Below are positions 1-14,787 of a DNA stretch of 64,000 nucleotides, piece after piece. The notes below the pieces were generated by a model, which saw only the letters and a list, made by a program, of their open reading frames with translations, made no database searches and was not told the origin of the DNA. Numbering within the stretch: the first letter of the stretch is position 1; every line of letters starts with the position of its first letter. The stretch is from Thiocapsa sp. (GTDB taxonomy: Bacteria > Pseudomonadota > Gammaproteobacteria > Chromatiales > Chromatiaceae), in contig NZ_JAABRP010000008.1 in the NCBI RefSeq assembly GCF_011390875.1, forward strand, positions 347 through 64,346, given 5' to 3'. The translations under genes and the position numbers were made by a program.

Positions 1-666
1 ATGGTGGACGTGTTGTTGGTCGCCTCGCGTCAAGAGAACGTCGAAGACCGCGTGGGTGCGCTCGAGGCCGCGGGGCTGACCCCGGCGGTCGTCGATGTCG
101 AGGCCTATGCGATGGAGAACGCCTGCGCGCTGATCCTCGCCGAGGAAGCGCCGGCCGAGACCGAGCTCGAGGCCGCTCGAACAGTGGCCGTGGCCGACGT
201 CGGTGCCGCGACGACCACTTTGCATGTGATGCACGAAGGGCAGATCGTTTATACCCGCGAGCAGAATTTCGGAGGCCAACAACTGCTCGATGAGGTCCAG
301 CGGCGCTACAGCCTGTCGCGGGAGGTGGCTCTCGGCAAGATCCTCGACGGTGATGTCGCGGAGGGATACGAGACCGACGTACTCGGACCTTTCAAGGAGG
401 CGTTGGCACAACAGATCGGGCGGGCGCTGCAGTTCTTCTATTCGGGGACCAGCTTCAACCGCGTCGATCGGCTCCTGCTTGCCGGTCGACCGGCAAGCAT
501 CCCCGGGATCGATCTCCTGATGGCAGAGCGCCTTAAACTGCCGGCCGCTGTCGCCAACCCCTTTCGTCGCATGTCGGTCTCGCCGAGCGTCAACACCCAG
601 GAGTTGATGCGGGAGGCACCCGGAATGATGGTCGCCGTCGGGCTGGCCTTGCGAGGGTTCGACTAG
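1..666 (+). CDS. pilM: Type IV pilus assembly protein PilM, C-terminal part (5' end outside window)
   Basis: Open from base 1 and ends TAG 664-666, directly abutting the pilN ATG at 667. Actin-like segment VADVGAATTTLHVMHEGQIVYTREQNFGG. First gene of a pilMNOPQ order. Confidence 0.85.
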   Translation: MVDVLLVASRQENVEDRVGALEAAGLTPAVVDVEAYAMENACALILAEEAPAETELEAARTVAVADVGAATTTLHVMHEGQIVYTREQNFGGQQLLDEVQRRYSLSREVALGKILDGDVAEGYETDVLGPFKEALAQQIGRALQFFYSGTSFNRVDRLLLAGRPASIPGIDLLMAERLKLPAAVANPFRRMSVSPSVNTQELMREAPGMMVAVGLALRGFD

Positions 667-1284
667 ATGACACGCATCAACCTCTTGCCTTGGCGGGAAG
701 AGGCGCGGCAACGGCGACGCAAGGAGTTCGCCACCGCTGGAGGTCTCGCACTGGTCTTCACGCTGCTTGTGGCGGTATTGGTCCACTTGCAGATCGAAGG
801 GAGGATCGGCGATCAACAGGCCCGAAACCAGCTCCTGGAGGGCGAGATCGCGCAACTGAACCGTCAGATCAAGGAAATCGAGGATCTTGAGAAGATCAAG
901 GCGGATCTCTTGTCGCGCATGGATATCATCCAAGAACTTCAGGAGAGCCGCCCGGAGATCGTGCGGCTGTTCGAGGAGCTGGTGGTCGCGATCCCCGAAG
1001 GGGTCTATCTCACCAAACTGGAGCAGAGCGGCCGAACCGTGACCGTCGAAGGGCGCGCACAGTCGAATGCAAGGGTCTCCGCCTTCATGCGGAGCATCGA
1101 GGCATCGGAATGGATCGGCGGTCCTCGCCTGCTCTTGATCGAGGACAAGACCGGGACCGGCCTGAGCCAGTTCCGCTTGGCGTTCGATCAAGTCAGTCCC
1201 ATGGCAAACCCCGCGTCGACTCGAACCGAAGCGCCTCGGGGCTCCCGGTCGGAGATGTGGCTCATGGCAGACAGTCGCCGATGA
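667..1284 (+). CDS. pilN: Type IV pilus alignment protein PilN
   Basis: N-terminus MTRINLLPWREE followed by a single TM segment and a coiled coil, as in PilN. Sits between pilM and pilO. Confidence 0.8.
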   Translation: MTRINLLPWREEARQRRRKEFATAGGLALVFTLLVAVLVHLQIEGRIGDQQARNQLLEGEIAQLNRQIKEIEDLEKIKADLLSRMDIIQELQESRPEIVRLFEELVVAIPEGVYLTKLEQSGRTVTVEGRAQSNARVSAFMRSIEASEWIGGPRLLLIEDKTGTGLSQFRLAFDQVSPMANPASTRTEAPRGSRSEMWLMADSRR

Positions 1285-1306
1285 GGAGACGCGCGGAGAC
1301 CTCCGG

Positions 1307-1912
1307 ATGGACTTGAGCGAGCTCAACCAACTCGATCTCAACAGCGTCGGCGAGTGGCCGATCGTGGTCAAGGTGATTGCGATTCTGCTCGCCTGCGTCG
1401 CTCTGGGCGGCGCCGTCTTCTATTTCGATACGCAGGAGCAGTTGAGTCGGCTCGAGCGTGCCCAGGCAACGGAGCGAGATCTGCGCGCGTCATTCGAGAC
1501 CAAACAGCGCAAGGCGGCCAATCTCGAGGGGTACCGCCAGCAGATCGAGGAGATGAAGGAATCCTTCGGGGCGATGCTCCGTCAGCTGCCGAACCGAACC
1601 GAGGTCGCCTCGCTCCTGGTCGACGTCTCGCAAACCGGGCTCGCCGCCGGACTTGAGTTCGAGCTGTTTCAACCGGGAGGCGAGCAGCTGAAGGACTTCT
1701 ATGCCGAGCTTCCGATCCAGATTCGAGTGACCGGAAGCTATCACGACTTTGGCCGCTTCGTCAGTGGACTGGCATCCTTGCCGCGCATCGTGACCGTCCA
1801 CGACACCAGGATCAGCGATGCCGGCGGAACCACCGGCAGTGGGGCGGTGAAACTGTCGCTCCAGGCAACGGTGAAGACCTACCGCTATCTCGACGAGGAC
1901 GCCGAACAGTGA
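1307..1912 (+). CDS. pilO: Type IV pilus alignment protein PilO
   Basis: 201 aa with an N-terminal TM (WPIVVKVIAILLACVALGG), a coiled coil and a ferredoxin-like C-terminus. Supported by position in the pilMNOPQ order. Confidence 0.8.
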   Translation: MDLSELNQLDLNSVGEWPIVVKVIAILLACVALGGAVFYFDTQEQLSRLERAQATERDLRASFETKQRKAANLEGYRQQIEEMKESFGAMLRQLPNRTEVASLLVDVSQTGLAAGLEFELFQPGGEQLKDFYAELPIQIRVTGSYHDFGRFVSGLASLPRIVTVHDTRISDAGGTTGSGAVKLSLQATVKTYRYLDEDAEQ

Positions 1913-2439
1913 TCAGGCGACTGGGTTCAGCCTGCATGCGCGGGTCGATGGTGGTGGTCGCTTTGCTCGTGTGGGGGTGCGACCGCAGCGGGACCCAGGA
2001 GCTGAGGGCCTACGTCGACGAGGTCAAGGCGCGCGCGCCGAAGCCGATCGAGCCCTTGCCCGAGATCCAATCGGTCGACGCCTTCATCTTCGAGCCCGCC
2101 GGACGCCGGGATCCGTTCGTGATGGACACGCAAACCGCCGCGGCGGCCAGGACGGACGACAGTCTCGCCCCTGATCCGCTTCGACCCAAGGAGGAGCTCG
2201 AAAGCTACCCCTTGGATTCGCTGCGCATGGTGGGCACGGTCCAGCAGCAAGACACGCGCTGGGCCTTGGTTCGAACGCGCGAAGGCTTGGTCTATCGCGT
2301 GCGGGTCGGGAACTATCTGGGAATGAACAACGGACAGATCGTGGACATCACCGACGATGCCATCCGGGTGACGGAGATCGTCTCCGAGATACCCGGCGAT
2401 TGGCGCGAACGCTCGGCCACGCTCGCACTCACCCCGTGA
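1909..2439 (+). CDS. pilP: Type IV pilus lipoprotein PilP
   Basis: GTGA overlap with the pilO stop. Lipoprotein-like signal ending LLVWGC. C-terminal beta domain (WALVRTREGLVYRVRVGNYLG). Lies immediately upstream of the secretin. Confidence 0.75.
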   Translation: MIRRLGSACMRGSMVVVALLVWGCDRSGTQELRAYVDEVKARAPKPIEPLPEIQSVDAFIFEPAGRRDPFVMDTQTAAAARTDDSLAPDPLRPKEELESYPLDSLRMVGTVQQQDTRWALVRTREGLVYRVRVGNYLGMNNGQIVDITDDAIRVTEIVSEIPGDWRERSATLALTP

Positions 2440-2458
2440 CAGGCAGAGGCATGCCGCG

Positions 2459-4771
2459 ATGAACAGCCCCTATCGACCGAGCCCGCGCGGACTAAGCGGC
2501 ATCTTCCGACGGGTGCTCCTGTGCTCCGTCATGCTGGGCTTCTCCGTCGGCGCGGCAAATGTTGCCGCCGTCGATCTCACCGATGTCGAATTCGCGGCAC
2601 AGCCGGGGAATCGCGTCGAGATACAGCTCCTCTTCTCCGGACCGGTCAGCGCACCGCAGACCTTCGACACCGTGTCCCCGGCACGGATCGCGCTGGACTT
2701 CGAGGGCGTCGCGAACCGACTCGAGCGCAAAGCCATCCCGATCGGCGTCGGTCCGGTCCATAGCCTGGTCGCGGTGGAGGCGAGCGATCGTGCCCGTGTC
2801 GTGATCAATCTGAACGATTCGGTCCCCTATCGGGTGACGACCGAGGGCAATCGCGTGCGCGTGGATATCGACGCCCGGAGCGAGCCGGAAGCGGCGCGAC
2901 CCGCCTCACCGACACCAGCTACCACGCGGGCACAGCCCCGGGCGCCGGCTTCGGCTCCGTGGGACCGCCCTGCCTCCGACGGCGGCGCGGCCCCCGGGCC
3001 AAGTGTTCGAGACATCGATTTCCGTCGAGGTCCCGAGGGCGAGGGGCGTGTCCTGATCACGCTTCCGAGCGCAACCACGCGTGTCACCGTGCGGGAGCAG
3101 GGGAGCCGCGTTCTCGTCGACGTCATCGATGCGGCCTTGCCCCAGCGTCTGTTTCGCCGGCTCGACGTCGTGGACTTCGCAACACCTGTCGTGGCGATCG
3201 AGTCTCGGCCCAAGGGACGCAATGTCGAGGTCAACGTCCAGACCGGCAGCGACTTCGAGTACATGGCCTATCAGACCGACAACCTCTTCACCTTGGAGCT
3301 GCGGCCCCTGACCTCGGCTGAAAAGGAGCGTCTCGCGCGGGAAAAGGTCGTCTATGACGGGGAGCGGCTCTCGCTGAACTTCCAGGACATCGAGGTCCGG
3401 GCGGTCCTCCAGCTGCTCGCCGACTTCACGGATCTGAACCTGGTGGCCAGCGACTCGGTCGCCGGCAACATCACCTTGCGTCTGAAGAATGTGCCCTGGG
3501 ATCAGGCGCTCGACATCATCCTCAAGACCAAGAATCTGACCAAGCGCCAGGACGGCAATGTCATCATGGTCGGTCCATTCGACGAGATCGTCGGGCACGA
3601 AGAACGCACCTTGACTGCGGATCAGCGTCTTGAGGAGCTCGCGCCGATCCGTTCGGAGTTCATCCCGGTCAAATTCGCCAAGGCGGCCGAGATCGCTGCC
3701 TTTATTCGGGGTGCTTCCAGTCTGCAGTCGAGCGTCAGCTCACAAGGGGGCAGCAGCCCGATCGGCCGCGACATGCGTCAGCTCGATCGTACCGTGAGCG
3801 AATCCACAAAAGACTCGATCCTGACACCCGGGCGCGGCAGCGTGACCTTCGACCAACGCACCAATACCCTGCTGGTCATGGACACCTCCGCCCGCTTGGA
3901 TCAGATCCGCGAGGTCGTCGCGCGCTTGGACATCCCGGTTCGGCAGGTCATGATCGAGTCCCGCGTGGTCATTGCCAACAACGACTTCACCCGGGACCTT
4001 GGTGTGCGGTTCGGTCTAGCGACCTCGATGGGCGCTTTGTACAACAATGAGATGCTCATCGGCGGCGGTTTACCCGGCAATCTAGTCGGGCGCGGCAACT
4101 ACAATGCCGGACCCTTCGGGCTCGACACCGCCGGCGAGCCGAACAACGCGATCATCCTCGATCCTGTCGCGACCGATACGCCTTCGCTTCTCGTCAACCT
4201 TCCGGCAACGGACCCGGCGGGTGCGGTGAACTTCCTGATCGGCAAGGTCGGCTCCTACCTGCTTCAGCTGGAGCTCTCGGCAATGCAACGCGAGGGACGC
4301 GGCGAGGTCATCTCGAGTCCGCGCGTGATCACCTCCGATCAGAAGGAGGCCAGGATCGAGGTGGGCAAGAAGATCCCCTACTCGACCGTCTCGCAGGACG
4401 GCACGAACGTCGAATTCGAGAACGCAACACTGAGCCTGACGGTCACGCCTGCGATTACCCCGGACGACAGGATCATTATGGACTTGGTGGTGACGAAGGA
4501 CGAACCGGATTTCAGCCGTGTTGTCGACGGGACACCGACCATCAACACCCGCGAGATCGAAACACGGGTCCTGGTCGACAACGGAGAGACCGTCGTCTTG
4601 GGCGGTGTCTACGAGCGCACCAAAATCTTCGCAAAGGAACAGGTGCCTTGGATCGGAGACGTCCCGGTTCTAGGGCGTCTCTTCAAACGAGAGGCTCGCG
4701 AGGACAACAACTCCGAACTCCTGATCTTCGTCACGCCCAAGATCCTCAAGGGCGACCTGGTTGGAAATTAA
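2459..4771 (+). CDS. pilQ: Type IV pilus secretin PilQ
   Basis: 770 aa. Two AMIN-like N-terminal repeats split by a Pro/Ala-rich linker. C-terminal secretin domain ends VPWIGDVPVLGRLFKRE...ELLIFVTPKIL. Confidence 0.92.
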   Translation: MNSPYRPSPRGLSGIFRRVLLCSVMLGFSVGAANVAAVDLTDVEFAAQPGNRVEIQLLFSGPVSAPQTFDTVSPARIALDFEGVANRLERKAIPIGVGPVHSLVAVEASDRARVVINLNDSVPYRVTTEGNRVRVDIDARSEPEAARPASPTPATTRAQPRAPASAPWDRPASDGGAAPGPSVRDIDFRRGPEGEGRVLITLPSATTRVTVREQGSRVLVDVIDAALPQRLFRRLDVVDFATPVVAIESRPKGRNVEVNVQTGSDFEYMAYQTDNLFTLELRPLTSAEKERLAREKVVYDGERLSLNFQDIEVRAVLQLLADFTDLNLVASDSVAGNITLRLKNVPWDQALDIILKTKNLTKRQDGNVIMVGPFDEIVGHEERTLTADQRLEELAPIRSEFIPVKFAKAAEIAAFIRGASSLQSSVSSQGGSSPIGRDMRQLDRTVSESTKDSILTPGRGSVTFDQRTNTLLVMDTSARLDQIREVVARLDIPVRQVMIESRVVIANNDFTRDLGVRFGLATSMGALYNNEMLIGGGLPGNLVGRGNYNAGPFGLDTAGEPNNAIILDPVATDTPSLLVNLPATDPAGAVNFLIGKVGSYLLQLELSAMQREGRGEVISSPRVITSDQKEARIEVGKKIPYSTVSQDGTNVEFENATLSLTVTPAITPDDRIIMDLVVTKDEPDFSRVVDGTPTINTREIETRVLVDNGETVVLGGVYERTKIFAKEQVPWIGDVPVLGRLFKREAREDNNSELLIFVTPKILKGDLVGN

Positions 4772-4977
4772 TGGTGGCTGCCCCCTCGGGCGGCAACCCA
4801 ACGCTGCAGCGAATACTGAAGGGGAGTCAGGGCGTTGGGCTTGATCTCGCGTTGTCTCGATCGGGCCGTGATCGATTGCTCCGGCGCTCGCTCCCCGCTT
4901 GCGTCGTCGTTTTTACCGCGCTTGGGTCGGGCGTCTTCGCCCTTGCCCGCGCGCCGAAAATCTGGCATACCTTTCTT

Positions 4978-5502
4978 ATGATGCGCGCACAGAACATTTT
5001 TATCGTCGGGCCGATGGGTGCCGGCAAGAGTACCGTCGGACGGCAGCTTGCCGAGACACTGTCCTACACCTTCAAAGACAGCGATCAGGAGATCCAGCGC
5101 CGCACCGGCGTGGACATCCCGACGATCTTCGAGTTCGAGGGCGAAACCGGCTTTCGTGCCCGTGAGCGCCAAGTGATCGAGGAGCTCGTAAGCGAGGAGC
5201 GGATCGTGCTCGCGACCGGCGGCGGGGTCATCTTGTCGGCGGAGAATCGCCAAGATCTCGCGGCCCGGGGCGTCGTGATCTATCTGCATTGCAGCCCGGA
5301 GCAGCAGTATGCCCGCACCGCTCGCGACCGCAATCGCCCCTTGCTGGACACGGAGGATCCACTTGCGAAGCTGCGCGAGCTGATGGAGGAGCGTGAGCCG
5401 CTCTATCGCCAAGTCGCCGATATGGTCGTTTCGACCGAAAAGCGCGGCACCAGCTCCGTGGTTAAGGAGATCTCTCGACGTCTGGAGTCAGAAGAGATCT
5501 GA
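4978..5502 (+). CDS. aroK: Shikimate kinase
   Basis: Start moved to the ATG at 4978 ([26 protein letters not shown]-loop at the N-terminus). The upstream in-frame 110 codons of ORF 4648 have no kinase-like sequence. Confidence 0.9.
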   Translation: MMRAQNIFIVGPMGAGKSTVGRQLAETLSYTFKDSDQEIQRRTGVDIPTIFEFEGETGFRARERQVIEELVSEERIVLATGGGVILSAENRQDLAARGVVIYLHCSPEQQYARTARDRNRPLLDTEDPLAKLRELMEEREPLYRQVADMVVSTEKRGTSSVVKEISRRLESEEI

Positions 5503-5566
5503 ACCGCGCCCCGAGACCTGGACGCAAGCATCGCTCACGTCCAGGCAGCATGATCGGAGAAACGAC

Positions 5567-6649
5567 ATGTCCTGGAGCCTCACCGTCGCCCTCGGGGCGC
5601 GTGCCTATCCCATTCACATCGGTTCCGGCCTGATCTCGGATCCGGACCTCTACCGGCCGCATCTATTCGGCTCGCAGGTCATGATCGTGACCAACGAGAC
5701 GGTCGCGCCTTTGTACCTGGAAGCGGCTCGCTCGGCGCTGGAGGGTTATCATGTCGACGAGGTGGTGCTGCCCGACGGCGAGCAGCACAAGACACTGGAG
5801 GTCTGGAACCGAATCTTCGATGCCTTGCTGCAGGCGCGCTTCGGGCGCGACTGTACGCTGGTGGCGCTCGGCGGGGGCGTGGTGGGCGATATGACGGGGT
5901 TCGCGGCTGCCTGTTATCAGCGCGGTGTCGGCTTCATCCAAGTGCCCACGACCCTGCTGGCACAGGTCGATTCCTCCGTCGGGGGCAAGACCGGCATCAA
6001 CCACCCGGCCGGGAAGAACATGATCGGGGCCTTCCATCAGCCCCGAGCGGTGATCGCAGACACCTCGACCTTGGCGACATTGCCGCAGCGCGAGCTCTCC
6101 GCCGGATTGGCCGAGGTTCTGAAATACGGACTCATCCGCGACGCGACCTTCCTCGCCTGGCTCGAAACGCATATGGCCGAGCTGCTTGCGCGCGACCCGG
6201 ATGCCTTGGCCTATATCATCCGCCGCTCCTGCGAGATCAAGGCGGAGATCGTCGCCGAAGACGAGCTCGAAGCCGGTCAGCGTGCCCTGCTCAACCTCGG
6301 ACACACCTTCGGGCATGCTATCGAGACGGCGACCGGTTACGGCACCTGGCTTCACGGCGAGGCGGTTGGGGTTGGAATCTGCATGGCAGCCGATCTATCC
6401 GCCCGCATGGGTTGGCTCACCGACGTGGACGTCGAGCGGGTTCGCCGCCTGGTGGCAAGCGCTGGCCTTCCCGTCGCCGCTCCGAACGATCTCTCCGCCG
6501 ATCGCTTTCTCGAGCTCATGGCGGTCGACAAAAAGGTACAGGACGGCCAACTGCGCCTCGTGCTGCTGCAACACCCCGGAGACGCACTGGTGACGGCTGA
6601 CGTCGATCCGAATCTTCTGCGAGCGACTCTCGACTCCGCGGCCTCCTAG
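5567..6649 (+). CDS. aroB: 3-dehydroquinate synthase
   Basis: Start at ATG 5567 ([19 protein letters not shown]). Motifs [34 protein letters not shown] and [12 protein letters not shown]. aroK-aroB pairing as in Pseudomonas and E. coli. Confidence 0.92.
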   Translation: MSWSLTVALGARAYPIHIGSGLISDPDLYRPHLFGSQVMIVTNETVAPLYLEAARSALEGYHVDEVVLPDGEQHKTLEVWNRIFDALLQARFGRDCTLVALGGGVVGDMTGFAAACYQRGVGFIQVPTTLLAQVDSSVGGKTGINHPAGKNMIGAFHQPRAVIADTSTLATLPQRELSAGLAEVLKYGLIRDATFLAWLETHMAELLARDPDALAYIIRRSCEIKAEIVAEDELEAGQRALLNLGHTFGHAIETATGYGTWLHGEAVGVGICMAADLSARMGWLTDVDVERVRRLVASAGLPVAAPNDLSADRFLELMAVDKKVQDGQLRLVLLQHPGDALVTADVDPNLLRATLDSAAS

Positions 6650-6862
6650 GATCACGTTTGCTTGCACTGATTTCGGACATGCCGGGTGTTTCGCGCACGG
6701 CCATAGGGCATGTTCCGGTCGAACCGCGATTATCCACTGCGACTTGCGACGAGGCCGATGTGGGCTCGTGAACGCGCGCGGGCTTAGGCTTTCGGCGCGC
6801 GGACGCCGAGAAAGGCGAGGTCGCACGCACCCCTTTGGCGGCCGCATTGATGTCGAGAAATG

Positions 6863-6878
6863 TGGCACAGCATCTGCT
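6863..6878 (+). promoter_or_regulatory. Candidate sigma54 (-24/-12) promoter upstream of gltB
   Basis: TGGCACAGCATCTGCT matches TGGCAC-N5-TTGCW with the invariant GG-N10-GC spacing; the mismatches are in the -12 element (CTGC vs TTGC) and the base after TGGCAC (A vs G). It points toward gltB, about 210 nt upstream of ATG 7088. Confidence 0.45.
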
Positions 6879-7087
6879 GAAACGGTATGCTTTGGGGTTT
6901 TGCGGTGACCCGGCGATGATCGTTGTCTCGACCTGGACGATCGACGACGTCCGACTCCCCGCTTGAATGACGACACGATTGTGATGTCCGGCTGCGGTTG
7001 CGACAATCACACACAGGTTTGAAGGTGTAAGCGCGCGCGTCGCGACTGCACAATCCCCGGCAACATGTTTCCGTATCAGCGAGGTCA

Positions 7088-11738
<4,651 letters not shown>

Positions 11739-11746
<8 letters not shown>

Positions 11747-13205
11747 GCCGACCGGATTCCTCGAGTTCGAGCGTCGCGACCGGCGCTATCAGCCGGCCGC
11801 TGATCGCGTCGTGCATTACAACGAGTTCGTGATCCCGTTGCCGGATCGCGAGGTCAGCGAGCAAGGTGCCCGCTGCATGGACTGCGGAATCCCCTATTGT
11901 CATCAGGGGTGCCCTGTCAACAACATCATCCCGGACTGGAACGACTTGGTCTTTCGGAATGACTGGCGGGCCGCGATCGAGGTTCTTCACTCGACCAACA
12001 ACTTTCCGGAGTTCACCGGACGTATCTGTCCGGCGCCCTGCGAGGCCGCCTGTACGCTGAACCTGGACGACAACCCGGTGGCCATCAAGACCATCGAGTG
12101 CGCCATTGTGGACAAGGCCTGGAAGGAAGGCTGGATCAAGCCTCTGGTACCGGAGCGACGCACCGGAAAGCGTGTCGCCGTGGTCGGTTCCGGTCCCGCC
12201 GGGCTTGCGACCGCCCAGCAGCTTGCGCGCGCTGGTCACCAGGTTCATCTGTTTGAGAAGGCCGACCGCATCGGCGGGTTGCTGCGTTACGGCATCCCCG
12301 ATTTCAAGCTGAGTAAATCGCTCATCGACCGACGGATGGCGCAGATGCGTACCGAAGGCGTCGAGTTTCACACCAACGCACACATCGGAGTGGACATTCC
12401 GGTTTCGCGGTTGCGCGAGGAATACGACGCGGTGGTGCTCGCCGGCGGGTCGGAGAAGCCCCGTGATCTGGAGGTGCCGGGTCGCGAGTTGTCCGGTATC
12501 CATTTCGCGATGGACTTCCTGACGCGCAACAGCAAGCGCGTGCAGGGCTCGTACGTCCCCGAGGACGACTTCATCAGCGCTCACGGCAAGCATGTCGTCG
12601 TGATCGGGGGTGGCGATACCGGCTCGGACTGTATCGGAACCTCCAACCGGCACGGCGCGAAATCCGTCACTCAGATCGAGATCCTGGACAAACCACCGGA
12701 GAAGGAAGACAAGGGATTGACCTGGCCGGAATGGCCAAACCGGTTGCGCACATCCAGCTCCCAGGAAGAGGGTTGTGAACGATTGTGGAACGTTGCGTCC
12801 AAGGCGTTCGTCGGCGACGAGAACGGCCGCGTGAAGGCGTTGCGTTTCGAGCTGGTACGCTGGGAGCGCGGCGACGGTGGTCGCTGGCAGATGCAGCCGG
12901 TGCCGGACAGCACCGGCGAGCTCAAGGCCGACCTAGTGCTGCTGGCCATGGGTTTCGTGCATCCCGTGCACGAAGGCATGATCGCCGAGCTTCGCGAGAG
13001 CGCGGGCCTCGAGCTCGACCCACGCGGCAATATCAGGGGCGTCACCGACGGCCCCGTCGCCTATCACACCTCGGTGGACGGCGTCTTCTGTGCAGGTGAC
13101 ATGCGGCGCGGTCAGTCGCTTGTGGTGTGGGCGATCCGCGAAGGCCGTCAATGCGCAAGGGCGGTGGATGAGTGGTTGATGGGCCGCTCCGATCTGGCGC
13201 GTTGA
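11739..13205 (+). CDS. gltD: Glutamate synthase (NADPH) small subunit
   Basis: ATG 11739 overlaps the gltB stop (ATGGGTAA). Fe-S cysteines CMDCGIPYC...CP and an FAD/NAD fold [17 protein letters not shown]. Confidence 0.93.
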
Positions 13206-13410
13206 GCTGGGTTGGGCCGCGTCGGGCGCGGTCCGGGATGTCTTGGCGTGGTCTCGGGCCGCGCCGCATCCCCATGAGTGTGGCTTACAGGGTCGAGGGT
13301 TCTGACGTACGATTGAGGTCGACGCAAAGAAGCATCGCTGAGGGCTTTCGTTCGAGGCACTTTGCATCGGGTCACGAAGGTCGCATCGAGTCGAGAGGTC
13401 CGGATTAGAG

Positions 13411-14649
13411 ATGGATCGTCAGCAAGCCGCCCATTTCATGCTCGATTGCCTGCGCAAGATGATGGCCAAGAAGGGCTCCGACCTCTTCATCTCCGCGGGT
13501 TTTCCGCCGGCCTGTAAGATCGACGGGCGCATGACGCCCATCAGCGAGCAAGCCTTGACCTCCGCCCAGACCAATGTGCTGGTGCGCTCCATCATGAACG
13601 ACCGGCAGATTCGCGATTTCGACGCCTCCAAGGAGTGCAATTTCGCGATCAGTCCGCAGTCGATCGGTCGGTTTCGCGTCAACGCCTTTATTCAACAAGG
13701 TCACTGCGGCGCAGTCCTGCGCACCATCAATGCGAACATCCCGGAGCTCGACGGGCTCGCGCTTCCCCCGGTGTTGAAGGACATCGTGATGGGCGAGCGC
13801 GGCTTGGTGTTGGTCGTCGGCGGCACGGGTTCCGGGAAATCGACGTCGCTTGCGGCCATGTTGGGGCATCGCAACGAACACAGTTACGGCCATATCATCA
13901 CGATCGAGGACCCGGTCGAATACGTTCATCCGCACCGCCATTGTCTGATCACCCAGCGCGAGGTCGGTGTCGATACCGAGAGTTGGGAAATCGCGCTGAT
14001 GAATACGCTGCGCCAGGCACCGGACGTCATCTTGATCGGCGAGATCCGCAGTCGAGAGACCATGGAGCATGCCATCAATTTCTCCGAGACCGGCCATCTC
14101 TGCCTGTCGACGCTCCATGCCAACAACGCCAACCAGGCGCTCGACCGCATCATCAATCTGTTTCCCGAGGAGCGGCGTGCCCAGTTGCTGATGGACCTGT
14201 CTCTGAATCTCAAAGCGATCGTCTCGCAACGTCTACTGCCCTGCACAGACGGTGGGCGCATCGCCGCAGTCGAGGTCTTGATCAATTCGCCCTTGATCCA
14301 GGATCTCATCTTCAAGGGTGATGTCGGGTCCATCAAGGCGATCATGAAGCGCTCGCGCGAGCAGGGGATGCAGACCTTCGACATGTCGCTCTTCGATCTC
14401 TACGAAGCGGGTAAGATCAGCTACGAGGATGCACTGCGCAGCGCCGATTCAATGAACGAGCTGCGCTTGGCGATCAAGTTGGAGGGCCACGAAGCCCAGG
14501 GCAGGGATCCCTTTGCCGAGACCGACGGTCTGAGCATCCTCGGGGATGGCGATAGCGATTCGTTCGACTCGACGCTCTTCACCGAGACCCTGACGACCTC
14601 CACGATGGTCGACGGCTTGGCGAACCCGGACAGCGGGCGCAAATCGTAG
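13411..14649 (+). CDS. pilU: PilT/PilU-family type IV pilus retraction ATPase, PilU-type
   Basis: Walker A GGTGSGKSTSLAAM. PilU-like signatures KGSDLFISAG and GHLCLSTLHANNANQALDRI. Acidic C-terminal tail similar in style to Pseudomonas PilU. Confidence 0.85.
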   Translation: MDRQQAAHFMLDCLRKMMAKKGSDLFISAGFPPACKIDGRMTPISEQALTSAQTNVLVRSIMNDRQIRDFDASKECNFAISPQSIGRFRVNAFIQQGHCGAVLRTINANIPELDGLALPPVLKDIVMGERGLVLVVGGTGSGKSTSLAAMLGHRNEHSYGHIITIEDPVEYVHPHRHCLITQREVGVDTESWEIALMNTLRQAPDVILIGEIRSRETMEHAINFSETGHLCLSTLHANNANQALDRIINLFPEERRAQLLMDLSLNLKAIVSQRLLPCTDGGRIAAVEVLINSPLIQDLIFKGDVGSIKAIMKRSREQGMQTFDMSLFDLYEAGKISYEDALRSADSMNELRLAIKLEGHEAQGRDPFAETDGLSILGDGDSDSFDSTLFTETLTTSTMVDGLANPDSGRKS

Positions 14650-14787
14650 AGGTGAATGCTGCTCGGCCTTGCGGTGCTCTCGGTCAACTCCGCGGTTCAG
14701 CCAAGATCCGGGCGGCTTGGCCCTTGACGCGAGAGACAGCGTTTGCGGGATCGGTCGAGCAACGCCGACGGACGGAAAGATAAACCG

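Noticed and set aside
4648-4977. 110-codon N-terminal extension of aroK in the ORF track (overlapping the pilQ 3' end)
   Set aside because: Shikimate kinases are about 170-180 aa with the P-loop near the N-terminus. The extension overlaps pilQ and looks non-coding (R/G/S-rich). ATG 4978 gives the canonical N-terminus.
6730-6738. DnaA-box-like TTATCCACt in the aroB-gltB gap
   Set aside because: It is a single 8/9 site with no neighbouring boxes or AT-rich tract, far from dnaA, and is most simply a chance match.
13214-13234. Hairpin GGGCCGCG-tcggg-CGCGGTCC after gltD as a possible terminator
   Set aside because: The stem has a mismatch and is not followed by a U-tract, so evidence is insufficient to call a terminator.
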